Assembly (NCBI GenBank): GCA_030648835.1
Contig: JAUSGT010000002.1
Span: 565,458-629,457 of the forward strand
Direction of reading: 5' to 3'
DNA from: Candidatus Moraniibacteriota bacterium
Lineage (GTDB): Bacteria; Patescibacteriota; Minisyncoccia; Moranbacterales; UBA1568
DNA: 64,000 nucleotides
Shown here: piece after piece, positions 50,707 to 60,158 of the stretch
How positions within the stretch are numbered: the first letter of the stretch is position 1
Layout: each line of letters begins with the position of its first letter
Position numbers and translations under genes: made by a program
The notes under the pieces: generated by a model
Told to the model about the DNA's origin: nothing
The model's database searches: none
What the model saw: the letters and a program-made list of their open reading frames with translations, nothing else

Positions 50707-51822
50707 TTACAACTGCAACTTTCCCATACCCAGAATACCGATCATCACCCCGATCAAAGCGAACAGCGCGGTGAAAATCCACGCCCGCATCACAATTTTC
50801 GGCTCCGCCCAACCTTTGGCTTCGAAATGGTGATGGAGCGGCGCAGCCAAAAAAACTTTGCGTCCGAAGAAACGCTTGCTCGTCAGTTGGATGACGACGC
50901 TCCCCGATTCCAAAATATAAATAAAAACGATAATGAAAAGCACCACGATGGAATTCGTCAGCATCGCCACGACCCCCAATGTCGTCCCGAGCGCTATAGC
51001 CCCCGTATCACCCATAAAAAAGCGCGCCGGATAGATATTGAACCAAAGAAAAGCCAGAAGCGCGCCGGCAATAGCCGCGCAGAGCGCCGCCAGATCCATT
51101 CTGTTCTGCATAAAAGCAATGAACGTAAACGAGCTGAAGGCGATCAAAAGAACACCGCCATCGAGACCATCCAAACCATCGGTTTCGTTGGAGGAAATAG
51201 CGGCGAAAAGAATGACAAAAATAAAGAGCGGGATATACCACAGACCGATGGAAAAATCACCGACAGCCGGAATATGAATCTGGTCCCATCCCAGCTTCGA
51301 GTAAAACCACCAAGCGCCGGCACCGGCGATGACAAACAGCCACCAGAAACGCAGCGCGAAACGCATGCCGCCACCCTTGTTGCTACCGCAATCCCGCACA
51401 CTCATATAATCGTCGAAAAGCCCAAGAATCCCGGCCGTGGTAAGCGCAAACAACGGCAACCACACCTGCGCTCGACTGAAAAAGTCCAGACGCGCGACAA
51501 AGTTGGTATTGGTCCACTCTGCGATAAACGGAAAGGTATAATGTGAGAGGAGCGCCAGGATAAGAACGGAAATCCACACGATTACCCCACCCATTGTCGG
51601 AGTGCCGGCCTTCGCCGCGTGTAACTTGTTCACGAACGTCAACTGATCACCATCGACGGATTTTTCCTTGATTTTGATACCGATTTTATATTTATACAAA
51701 ATGTGCGTCCACAGCGGCGTCAACACGAAGGCGAGCAAAAATGCCAAAAGCCCAGTCAAAAGCACTTTGAACGCATTGGCTATGAGAGGAATACTCTGTA
51801 CTTGTGAAATCTGGATATCCAT
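50707..51822 (-). CDS. mraY: Phospho-N-acetylmuramoyl-pentapeptide transferase
   Basis: K.GTPTMGG, DD, TDGLDGL, FMGDTG, APLHHHFE. Confidence 0.95.
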   Translation of the reverse strand: MDIQISQVQSIPLIANAFKVLLTGLLAFLLAFVLTPLWTHILYKYKIGIKIKEKSVDGDQLTFVNKLHAAKAGTPTMGGVIVWISVLILALLSHYTFPFIAEWTNTNFVARLDFFSRAQVWLPLFALTTAGILGLFDDYMSVRDCGSNKGGGMRFALRFWWLFVIAGAGAWWFYSKLGWDQIHIPAVGDFSIGLWYIPLFIFVILFAAISSNETDGLDGLDGGVLLIAFSSFTFIAFMQNRMDLAALCAAIAGALLAFLWFNIYPARFFMGDTGAIALGTTLGVVAMLTNSIVVLFIIVFIYILESGSVVIQLTSKRFFGRKVFLAAPLHHHFEAKGWAEPKIVMRAWIFTALFALIGVMIGILGMGKLQL

Positions 51823-51837
51823 AGCATTTTTTAAAAA

Positions 51838-52866
51838 TTATTTCCAATCAATCGCTTCAAAACTCCAGTCAAACATAGAACGGATACTTTGCCAACGGTA
51901 GGGGTCATCCAAAAGAACCGCCACAACCCTATGGTTTTGGCTGTTATCCGTTGCTACTGCCAAGAGCGAATACCCGGCCAGCGGAGTAAACCCCGTCTTT
52001 GTTCCGATGAGGTTCGAAAACTGTCCGAGGAGCTGGTCCGTATTGGAAATTTCATGCTGATACTTACCGTCCAACGAAACGATTGTTTGCTTGTCCAAAC
52101 GCATAATCTCCCACAACGCTGGAAACTGCAAGGCATGCGCGGCAATTTTGGCGACATCTTCGGCCGAAGAGTAACATTCCGACTCGCGTCCCTCCGGCTC
52201 CAAACCTGATGGTGTACAGAAGTGAGAATGCAAGAGCCCAAGTTCCTTCGCCCGAACGTTCATAATTGTGGCAAACCCGGCCTGTGTTTTCCCGAGGTGC
52301 TTGCCCAAGGCGATAGCCGCATCATTGGCGCTATTCATAAGTGCTGCTTTCAAAAGATCCCTCACTGTCAATCGTTCCCCGGGCTTTAGCCGTTCTCCAT
52401 TACAAAAACCGGAGCGCGGACATCCCACTCGCGTCCCCTCGGCATAGATCGCCTCCTCATCGATGATCACCGGCTCATCCAAATTCTTCACGCGTTCCAT
52501 AACAATAGTCGCGGTAAAAAGCTTGGTGAGTGAAGCGATCTGACGTTCCTCGTCCGCGTTATGCGCGTACAATATTTTTCCGGAATCCACATCCAAAATA
52601 ATCGAGGCGTGAGCCGAAGCGATACTCAACCGTGGCGCGTACGGTTTCAGTTCCGGATCAAAGCCAACCGTCAAACTGCGATCTTCGGTTACGAACGGAA
52701 AAATTTTTATCTGGTTGGCCTTACTCCCTTCGTCCCCAAAGCGCTCTCTTTCGTTTTTAAAAAAGTTGAAAAGGGTTTCTCCACGCGCCGAAAAATAAGT
52801 ACCATTCCCGATAACGAGAAGGTAGGCTACCACAATAGCGATACTGAAAATAATCAATTTTTTCAT
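51838..52866 (-). CDS. D-Ala-D-Ala carboxypeptidase (S11)
   Basis: SLTK, SAN and KTG motifs. Confidence 0.92.
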   Translation of the reverse strand: MKKLIIFSIAIVVAYLLVIGNGTYFSARGETLFNFFKNERERFGDEGSKANQIKIFPFVTEDRSLTVGFDPELKPYAPRLSIASAHASIILDVDSGKILYAHNADEERQIASLTKLFTATIVMERVKNLDEPVIIDEEAIYAEGTRVGCPRSGFCNGERLKPGERLTVRDLLKAALMNSANDAAIALGKHLGKTQAGFATIMNVRAKELGLLHSHFCTPSGLEPEGRESECYSSAEDVAKIAAHALQFPALWEIMRLDKQTIVSLDGKYQHEISNTDQLLGQFSNLIGTKTGFTPLAGYSLLAVATDNSQNHRVVAVLLDDPYRWQSIRSMFDWSFEAIDWK

Positions 52867-52867
52867 A

Positions 52868-52992
52868 CCCGGTCAGTGAAACTTCGAATAATTACTGATA
52901 AATTAACTATAATATGCGTATCCATTTATCTTATATTTTCTCACCAGTTAAAATAATGTCATTCCTTTTACTTTCGAAGTTCTACTGCCGGG
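52868..52992. mobile_element. TATG-targeting MITE, copy 2
   Basis: CCCGGTCAGTGAAACTTCGAA / TTCGAAGTTCTACTGCCGGG; flanks CATA and CGTA. Confidence 0.7.
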
Positions 52993-53603
52993 CGTACTTG
53001 CTTTTTGGTTTTTCCATTCTGCTGCGGTCCTCTTTCCGTACCTTCCTCTTGATCCTCTTCCTGCAAAACGATTTTCAAACGCTCGTCTTTGGCCAACGCT
53101 TCATAATCAGGCAATGCTTGTGTATCCTTGATTCCCAAAAATTGAAGGAGTCGAAAAGTGGGAAAATAGACATACCCGCGCGCGTCCGTCGGGTTTCCCC
53201 GTCGCTCGATAAGATCGCGAAGCAGAAGATTGCGTATGGTGAAGCTGCAGTTCACTCCCCTGATAGTTTCAATCTCGGCGCGAGTAATCGGTGAGCGGTA
53301 CGCCACGATAGCCAACACTTCGAGCGCCGGCTTACTCAGATTTTCCTGAAGCAAACTCTTGGTAAGCGCTTCTACAAACTGAGCGTTTTCCGGCTTGGTA
53401 GCCAGGACGGCTTTGTGGTCCTTCACGATGATCATAAGGCCACACTCCGCGTCCCTTGCGTATCTGTCTCCCAATGTCTGAAGTCCCGCGGTTATTTTTT
53501 CCTCACTGACAGAAAGTATTTTTGCCAAACGCGTCAAAGAAAGCGGCTCACCGCTGATAAAAAGCAGCGCTTCCAGAGCTGATACGGGAAATGCTTTTGT
53601 CAT
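52968..53603 (-). CDS. scpB: SMC condensin subunit ScpB
   Basis: EALLF..GEP, LEVLAIVAY..PITRAEIE.IRGVN. Confidence 0.94.
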   Translation of the reverse strand: MTKAFPVSALEALLFISGEPLSLTRLAKILSVSEEKITAGLQTLGDRYARDAECGLMIIVKDHKAVLATKPENAQFVEALTKSLLQENLSKPALEVLAIVAYRSPITRAEIETIRGVNCSFTIRNLLLRDLIERRGNPTDARGYVYFPTFRLLQFLGIKDTQALPDYEALAKDERLKIVLQEEDQEEGTERGPQQNGKTKKQVRPAVELRK

Positions 53604-53609
53604 AAGAGT

Positions 53610-54317
53610 TTACGAGACAAACTGTTTAATGCGGATGTCGCTCCAAAATCTATCCTGCTCAACAAAAATGATGCGCTGTTTCACCATTTCCAACACGGCC
53701 AAAAACGAAATGATTATTTCCACGCGATCCGTCGCCGATCGCGTCAAGTCGGCAAAAGAAGATTCTGCCCGCTCGGCAAGAGTATTTTTCAAAGAAAGAA
53801 TTTTCTCTTCCAGCGTGACTATCGCGCGAATCTCTTTTTCCGGTAGAACTTCAAAAACCGGAATCTCACCCAAGATATCGAGAAAATGCGAACGTAGATC
53901 CACAGCCGAGAGTCCGTTTGGCGGATAGAAAACGACCGGTGTACCGAGAAAACTCTCTCGGATATAGGCCTTTCGTCCGTGTGCCAATGCGACACCCAGT
54001 TTTCCGGCTGCTTCACGGAAACGCTTGTACTCCTTAAGACGAATTTCCAAATCATCCATCGATTCTTCTTCCTCATCGCTAAATTCAAGAATCGGCAAAA
54101 GGGCGCGCGATTTGATGAGTATCAAACGAGCGGCGATCGAAAGAAAGGCGGCCAGATTATCAAGCGAGATCGATTCTTCCGTTTCGAGGTACTTCAAGTA
54201 CTGATCGGCCACTTTGGCTAAACTTACATGGGTAATGTCGAGTTTTTCTTTCTCAATAAGAGACAACAAAAGATCGAGTGGTCCCTCAAACTGCTCCAAA
54301 CGTATGTGATAAGCCAT
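53610..54317 (-). CDS. scpA: SMC condensin subunit ScpA
   Basis: FEGPLDLLL, KSRALLP, FLAVLEM. Confidence 0.94.
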   Translation of the reverse strand: MAYHIRLEQFEGPLDLLLSLIEKEKLDITHVSLAKVADQYLKYLETEESISLDNLAAFLSIAARLILIKSRALLPILEFSDEEEESMDDLEIRLKEYKRFREAAGKLGVALAHGRKAYIRESFLGTPVVFYPPNGLSAVDLRSHFLDILGEIPVFEVLPEKEIRAIVTLEEKILSLKNTLAERAESSFADLTRSATDRVEIIISFLAVLEMVKQRIIFVEQDRFWSDIRIKQFVS

Positions 54318-54331
54318 AACTAGATAAAATA

Positions 54332-54453
54332 GAAACTACGTGTTTGGATGAAATTCAAGGCGTGGAGAAGGCGGCGACGGAAGCGTACTATTAGCTACGC
54401 TGGAGACGACGCAGAGGCTCCGCAACGCAAAAGTTCGCCGAACACGCAGGTTC
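54332..54453. repeat. Long imperfect hairpin element flanked by TA
   Basis: GAAACTACGTGTTTGG / CCGAACACGCAGGTTC ends; central AGCGTA..TACGCT. Confidence 0.55.
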
Positions 54454-54529
54454 TATAATGGTAACCCTATTTCTCTTCAATTATAGCAGTTTTGGACTCG
54501 TTTTCCAAACAAAACGCGTGGCAAAGGCT

Positions 54530-55714
54530 CTATACTCCGAGTTCCCGCTCACTCCGCGTATCCTTGAGCCGAAAAGCGGCAAAAAGTGAGATAAAAAGAA
54601 TCAGCGCTACCATAAAAAAGACGCTCTTGAGAGGGAAAATAACGAAAATCAACGCAGACAGTATGGCCCCCATAATATTCGCCATCGGCCGTGTCGTACG
54701 GAAAAAGGCTATCACATCCATACCGTCTCCATCGATCTGTTTGTAAAAATATGAATCCCGAAGCACTTCAATCCCGGCAATACCGATGCGCGTAAAGAAA
54801 AGCACGGTCCCCCATATCCACAGACTCTCTGTATCAAGAAAACCAATAATACTCGTCGCCACAAAAACAATAAAAATACTCCCGAAAAGCAACTCTTTTT
54901 CCCCGAAGCGCCTGTCCGCCAGGATACCGAGTGGGTACTGCAAAATGACGAATGGTACGAGCATTACCGTAAAAATAATACCGATATCATACCAAGAGAA
55001 ACCGATGGAGAGCAGGTAGAGAGGCATATACACGATCATCATGGCGTAAAAAAATTCCATAGCAAAAGATATGAAATAAATCCTGGAAAGATTTTTCTCA
55101 CGCATTACTTTGTGAAGGGTTTCTCGAAAACGCATCTTTCCTTGAATCACGACGTTGTCATTGCGGAAACCAACAAGCGTTACAAGAAAAACAAAAATAT
55201 ATCCGAGGATCAAAATGAAAAAAACACCCTCATAACGGAAACGCTCAAGCGCCAGTATCGACAAGAACGGCGCGCCGAGCAATCCGGCATTCATTATCGT
55301 CAGATGTAAGCCACGAATTCTGCCCGATAATCGGTCTTTGGAAAAGCTCTCCAGAAGGATATCGAGGACGACCCACATCACGTTGGTCGCGATAATGAAG
55401 ACAAGGACGATACCCACAGAGAGCCAAGAGATGGAAAGCCGGGTCAAAAGTGCGCTGGCGAAAATAGTAATCCCCAAACAGAGATAGAGCGCTCGCGCTT
55501 TGCCGATTATCCGAATCAGCGGCTGCAAGTAAAAAAGAGAAAAGAGCACCCCGCTATACGCGACCAAGTAAAAAATTCCGACATTATCATTGCCGGTCAA
55601 CTCCGAAAAATACGACGAAAGGATATAAACCAAAAAGGCGTCCAAGAAGCCCAGGACAAACGCCACGAAACTCACCAGCCAAACTTTTTTTCGATCGAAG
55701 TGTTCGTTATGCAT
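54530..55714 (-). CDS. MFS transporter
   Basis: About 12 TM, G.LADRRFG motif. Confidence 0.85.
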   Translation of the reverse strand: MHNEHFDRKKVWLVSFVAFVLGFLDAFLVYILSSYFSELTGNDNVGIFYLVAYSGVLFSLFYLQPLIRIIGKARALYLCLGITIFASALLTRLSISWLSVGIVLVFIIATNVMWVVLDILLESFSKDRLSGRIRGLHLTIMNAGLLGAPFLSILALERFRYEGVFFILILGYIFVFLVTLVGFRNDNVVIQGKMRFRETLHKVMREKNLSRIYFISFAMEFFYAMMIVYMPLYLLSIGFSWYDIGIIFTVMLVPFVILQYPLGILADRRFGEKELLFGSIFIVFVATSIIGFLDTESLWIWGTVLFFTRIGIAGIEVLRDSYFYKQIDGDGMDVIAFFRTTRPMANIMGAILSALIFVIFPLKSVFFMVALILFISLFAAFRLKDTRSERELGV

Positions 55715-55820
55715 TTTTTGTGTTTTCTCTCCCCATTATGCCATAAGAAATACCTTCTGGCGAGAAAGCAAGCTCTCTCTACTCAAAAGTTTGAAAGAAT
55801 TTTTTGGCTCTTGTTTCACA

Positions 55821-56246
55821 CTATTTCAAACACCCTGCGACATAGCCACGTCTCTCGGCATCTTCTTTCGATGTAAAACAGACTTTGTTCTCCGGCTTGA
55901 TTCGCTTGGCCACGGCGCATGTCACCAGGTGGTATTTGTTCGAATTGCGACTCCCCACCAAGGGGCAATTTGTCCCCTGTTTCTCACCTGTTTTGGAAAC
56001 GATACGCTCCACGCCGGTGAGCGGATTCCCCGCCTGAGATGCCAAATCGCCGGTTTGCGGCTCCGCTACGGCCGGAATCGAGATCACCATCGGTTCGGCA
56101 GACTGGGAAAGTTTTCCTCTCAAAAATCCGCTTTCGAACGCCAGCCCGCCCACAAACAAAATACCCACCAAAAGCAAAAGATTCTTTTGGTGACTGATTA
56201 TCCACTCCTTCGCTTTATAGAAAATCACTTTTATGTGCTGTACCAT
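55821..56246 (-). CDS. Membrane-anchored Ada-type metal-binding domain protein
   Basis: VGSRNSNKYH..C..I..ENKVCF..AERRGY. Confidence 0.75.
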   Translation of the reverse strand: MVQHIKVIFYKAKEWIISHQKNLLLLVGILFVGGLAFESGFLRGKLSQSAEPMVISIPAVAEPQTGDLASQAGNPLTGVERIVSKTGEKQGTNCPLVGSRNSNKYHLVTCAVAKRIKPENKVCFTSKEDAERRGYVAGCLK

Positions 56247-56266
56247 ACGAGTTGAGCCGAGATTGA

Positions 56267-56409
56267 CCCCGCACCTATTCTGCCGTTTTCTTGGGTGCGG
56301 CGCGCGGGCGAATAGCCCGGTCCTATTCGGACCAGCGTCGCCATTTCAAAGAAGCATCTAATATAAGTAAACATAAGAAGTTATTAATATTGGCAGAATA
56401 GGTGCGGGG
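56267..56409. mobile_element. MITE-like element with 18-bp perfect IR
   Basis: CCCCGCACCTATTCTGCC / GGCAGAATAGGTGCGGGG; TTGA direct repeats at 56263-56266 and 56410-56413. Confidence 0.75.
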
Positions 56410-56438
56410 TTGACGCCACTCCATACTTTTGTTATACT
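56410..56438 (+). promoter_or_regulatory. rpmA promoter
   Basis: TTGACG-N17-TATACT. Confidence 0.75.
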
Positions 56439-56482
56439 CATCCAGTATATCAAAACATTTGTAATCCGTAAGTCTCTCTTGT

Positions 56483-56782
56483 ATGGCAACCAGAAAAGCA
56501 GGTGGCTCAACTGCCCTCGGCCGCGATTCGATTTCCAAACGCCTTGGCATCAAAATCGGTGGCGGTCAGCCTGTCGCAGTCAGTAATATCATTGTCCGCC
56601 AACGCGGAACCAAATTTCATCCCGGCAAAAACGTCAAACGCGGTAACGATGACACGCTCTTCGCCCTCGTGAGCGGCACGGTAGAATTCCAGGCTCGCAA
56701 AATGAGAGATTTTACCGGCAAGCTGGCTCTCCGTACCTTCGTCAATGTCATCCCGGAGAAAGCCACCAAAGCCAAGAAATAA
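56483..56782 (+). CDS. rpmA: 50S ribosomal protein L27
   Basis: [27 protein letters not shown]. Confidence 0.97.
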   Translation: MATRKAGGSTALGRDSISKRLGIKIGGGQPVAVSNIIVRQRGTKFHPGKNVKRGNDDTLFALVSGTVEFQARKMRDFTGKLALRTFVNVIPEKATKAKK

Positions 56783-56875
56783 TGCTTCTCATATTTACAA
56801 AGAAAAAAACTCTCCATGATGGAGAGTTTTTTTGTGATTCACAATTCCTCCCGCCCGTTGGTCGGGCAGGGATTC

Positions 56876-58537
56876 TTAATTCTTCTTCCTCTCGCTAGCG
56901 GCTTTGACGAAGGCGACAAAGAGTGGGTGCGGATAAAGGAGAGAGGATTGAAACTCCGGATGGAATTGCGTGCCGAGGAAAAACGGGTGTTTCTCTTTTG
57001 GCAGTTCGCAAATTTCCATGAGGACACCATTGGGCGACGTGGCGGAGAAGACCAATCCGGCTTTTTCCAAATCCTCCACATAGGCCGGATTCACTTCGTA
57101 GCGATGACGATGGCGTTCCAGAACGCTGTCTTTGCCATAGGCGGCGCTGGCAATCGTATTCGGTCGGATTTTTGCTTCATAATGCCCAAGGCGCATCGTC
57201 GCCCCATAATTTTTCTTGCGCAGATTCTCTTTTTGCTCCGGCATAATATCCACTACCGGATGAGCTGTTTGTTGATCAATTTCCGTTGTGAGGGCATCAG
57301 TCAGCCCCAAAACATTTCTGGCGTATTCGATCACGGCCAACTGCATACCATAGCACAGACCGAAGTAGGGTATGTTGTTTTCACGGCAAAAGCGCACCGC
57401 TCTGATTTTCCCTTCCACACCTCGGCTTCCGAAACCACCCGGAATAAGAACTCCGCCATATTTTTTTAGGCGTAACAACTTTTTCTTATCTTTTTCAAAA
57501 TCTGTACTGTCGATCCAGTCCAACACCACCTTCACTCCTCCCGCACATCCGGCGTGTTTGAGAGCCTCGATCACACTGATATAAGCATCGGAGAGCACGA
57601 AGTCCCCGGTCTTAAAATATTTTCCTACAATCCCGATGTGAACTTTGTTTGTGGCGCCCTGAATACGTTTGACGGCCTTTTCCCATTCACGAAGAGTACC
57701 GTTTTGTTTTTTGGCTTTCAGGTTGAGTTTCCGGAGCAAAATATCGCTCAAATGGTCTTTCTCAAAGTTGAGTGGCACGGCATAAATACTCTCGACATCC
57801 GGCGCGCTGATGACATCTTCCTTACGAACACTGCAAAAGACAGCGATTTTCTCCTTGCGCTTCTCATCCAGCGGTCGCTCCGCCCGAGCGATAATAATTT
57901 CCGGCTGAATACCGGTACCGTTCAACATACGGACAGCGTGTTGAGTCGGCTTGGTTTTCATCTCCCCAACCGTCGAAGGCGTCGGTATATAGCTGACAAT
58001 GACGGTAATAACATCCTCCGGACTTTCGATCTTCATCATTCGAACGGCCTCCAAAAAAAGGATATTTTCATATTCTCCCACCGTTCCGCCAATTTCGATG
58101 ATTGCCACATCGGCAGCGCTCTTTTCGGCAGCCAGCTTGATACGATTGATAACTTCGAGCGGAATATGCGGTACGACTTGGACGCACTTGCCTTCGTATT
58201 CGAGGTTACGTTCCCGCTCAATGACCGTCCGATACACAGAGCCGGTGGTCATATAATTTCCCCGATCCAGTTCGATATTGAGAAAACGCTCGTAATTTCC
58301 CATATCCTGGTCGGTCTCATACCCGTCTTTCAGGACAAAGACTTCTCCATGCTCGGTCGGATTCATCGTTCCGGCATCCACATTGATGTAGCAATCGATC
58401 TTGAACGCCGTCACGTTCAAACCCCGGGATTGCAAAATCTTCCCAATAGAAGACGTCGTGACCCCTTTACCCACGCCGCTCATCACGCCTCCGACTACAA
58501 AAATGTACTTCGTCTGCTTGGTTTTGGTATTAGCCAT
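56876..58537 (-). CDS. pyrG: CTP synthase
   Basis: GGVMSGVGKG, EHGEVFV, KTKPTQH, GLCYGMQ, QFHPE. Confidence 0.97.
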   Translation of the reverse strand: MANTKTKQTKYIFVVGGVMSGVGKGVTTSSIGKILQSRGLNVTAFKIDCYINVDAGTMNPTEHGEVFVLKDGYETDQDMGNYERFLNIELDRGNYMTTGSVYRTVIERERNLEYEGKCVQVVPHIPLEVINRIKLAAEKSAADVAIIEIGGTVGEYENILFLEAVRMMKIESPEDVITVIVSYIPTPSTVGEMKTKPTQHAVRMLNGTGIQPEIIIARAERPLDEKRKEKIAVFCSVRKEDVISAPDVESIYAVPLNFEKDHLSDILLRKLNLKAKKQNGTLREWEKAVKRIQGATNKVHIGIVGKYFKTGDFVLSDAYISVIEALKHAGCAGGVKVVLDWIDSTDFEKDKKKLLRLKKYGGVLIPGGFGSRGVEGKIRAVRFCRENNIPYFGLCYGMQLAVIEYARNVLGLTDALTTEIDQQTAHPVVDIMPEQKENLRKKNYGATMRLGHYEAKIRPNTIASAAYGKDSVLERHRHRYEVNPAYVEDLEKAGLVFSATSPNGVLMEICELPKEKHPFFLGTQFHPEFQSSLLYPHPLFVAFVKAASERKKN

Positions 58538-58619
58538 AAAATATGTTTACAGAGAAAAAGCCGCTGTTCCGGATGGAGAAAGAAAAGCGGCTCTTTTTAA
58601 ATATACTTTTGAAAGGCCA

Positions 58620-59060
58620 TTATTCGGCCTCGATCACCACCGAAAATGTGGCCTTCACATCATGTCCGAAATCAGCCTCCACCGGAAACGTTCCCACAAC
58701 TTTCAATGGCTTTTCCAGTACAATAAATTTTGCATCAATGGTCATACCCGTCGCCTGCAAAGACAGCGCGATTTCTTCGCGTCCGACAGAACCGAATAGT
58801 TTGTCTTTTTCCGCTTTCGACTTGATTGTCACTGACTTGCCTTCCAATTCCGCGGCTTTCATTTTGAAATCAGCCACCGTTCCTTCGAGCTCTTTGTGAC
58901 GTTTGGCGATCAACCGCTCTGTCTGTTTCACGGCTTGCGGCGTCGCGAATTCCGCCAGACCTTGCGGTAACAAAAAATTGAACCCGTAACCGTTACGGAC
59001 TTCTTTGACATCGCCTGCTTTCCCAAATCTTTCCACATCCTGGAGAAGAATAACTTTCAT
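58620..59060 (-). CDS. rplI: 50S ribosomal protein L9
   Basis: MKVILLQDV..G..V.NGY..NFLLP, KLFGSV. Confidence 0.96.
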   Translation of the reverse strand: MKVILLQDVERFGKAGDVKEVRNGYGFNFLLPQGLAEFATPQAVKQTERLIAKRHKELEGTVADFKMKAAELEGKSVTIKSKAEKDKLFGSVGREEIALSLQATGMTIDAKFIVLEKPLKVVGTFPVEADFGHDVKATFSVVIEAE

Positions 59061-59186
59061 AGTCGTATCATTCAGCATCTTTGATTACCTGCCCAGTCTA
59101 GCCTAGAAGAAGTTTTTTGACAACCCCCGTTACATGTTCAAATTATTGAGAACAAAAAAAGAACCGTGCAAATACCTAGGTGGTAC

Positions 59187-59555
59187 TCACACGGGTTGAA
59201 CCTTGATTTTGGCCTTCTGCCGCTTGATTCTAGCCTTGCGGCGCTTGATTCTGTACTTGTATAGGTGCTGATAGCAGGTACCGCAGCGTCCGAGTGCCTG
59301 GATAAGCTTGGTTTCCCCACATTCGTCACACACTCCAATCCTGCTTTTCTGGTAACACTGTGGGCAGATGGGCTGGCCAAACTTGTCGCGGGTATGTACC
59401 ATTCTCAGCTTGCCACACTGGGAACATTTTTCGTGACCGGCTTTTTTCCAGTAACGGGCCCGCTGGTGACAAGACTTGCAAACGGGCCGCTTGGTCTTCT
59501 GATCTTTATAGACAGTTTTGTACTGCTTGCAACTACCCTGACATCTACCTTTCAC
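59187..59555 (-). CDS. Basic protein with three tandem C4 zinc-finger-like repeats
   Basis: SD AAGGAGGT plus GTG; six Cys pairs. Confidence 0.7.
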   Translation of the reverse strand: MKGRCQGSCKQYKTVYKDQKTKRPVCKSCHQRARYWKKAGHEKCSQCGKLRMVHTRDKFGQPICPQCYQKSRIGVCDECGETKLIQALGRCGTCYQHLYKYRIKRRKARIKRQKAKIKVQPV

Positions 59556-59776
59556 GGCTACCTCCTTTCGATGGCTGGATTTGGGAAAGAGCGAAGCTGA
59601 ACCAAATTTTTGATTTGACTCCCTACCCTACTCTCTTTCATCTATCCCGTCAACCAAGAAAAAGAAAAATCGCTTATGCATGATAAACAGAGAGGGATAC
59701 CTCTAAACGGTGCTTTCTATACTTTTTACTGCGTTCGTTTTTTGTGGGTCTAAACAAAATCCTTGCCAGAAAGAAA

Positions 59777-60031
59777 CTATTTCCACTCTCCATGAATTAA
59801 CTTCTCTTTTTTCTCCCTACTCCAACCCTTTATTTGTGCCTCTCGCTTTCTGGCTTCTGATTTACCTGGGAATACATTCGATACATAGACAAGCTCAAAC
59901 GGTCCCTGCTCGATAGCCATACGTGCTCCCTCGCCTGTATTGTGTTTCTCTATCCTTTTTAATGGGTCGTTGGTAATGCCAGTGTAATATCTCCCAGTCT
60001 TCGCCTGTGCGATGTAAGTATACCAACTCAT
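59777..60031 (-). CDS. Stand-alone GIY-YIG nuclease
   Basis: YTYI..YYTGITND..R..HN.G.GA..A.KRE.QIKGWSR.KK. Confidence 0.9.
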   Translation of the reverse strand: MSWYTYIAQAKTGRYYTGITNDPLKRIEKHNTGEGARMAIEQGPFELVYVSNVFPGKSEARKREAQIKGWSREKKEKLIHGEWK

Positions 60032-60054
60032 ATAAAGTTCTTCTTCAAAATATG

Positions 60055-60158
60055 CCCTTCGACAAGCTCAGGGTACTTCGCCTCGCTCCTCAGTTTACAC
60101 TAAATAAACAATTTTGGTCGAGGTGGTTTACACTGAGCGAGCATAGCGAGTCGAAGTG
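60055..60158. repeat. REP-like palindromes between tRNA-Ala and the GIY-YIG gene
   Basis: CCCTTCGACAAGCTCAGGG (60055-60073) and ACACTGAGCG..GTCGAAGTG abutting the tRNA 3' end. Confidence 0.7.

Noticed and set aside
50392-51546. 384-aa + strand ORF
   Set aside because: Antisense shadow of mraY with no recognisable motifs
54332-54453. SRP or 6S RNA
   Set aside because: Lacks the SRP CAGG..GNRA..AGCA motif and is short for 6S; kept as a repeat-like hairpin
57554-58600. 348-aa + strand ORF
   Set aside because: Antisense shadow of pyrG
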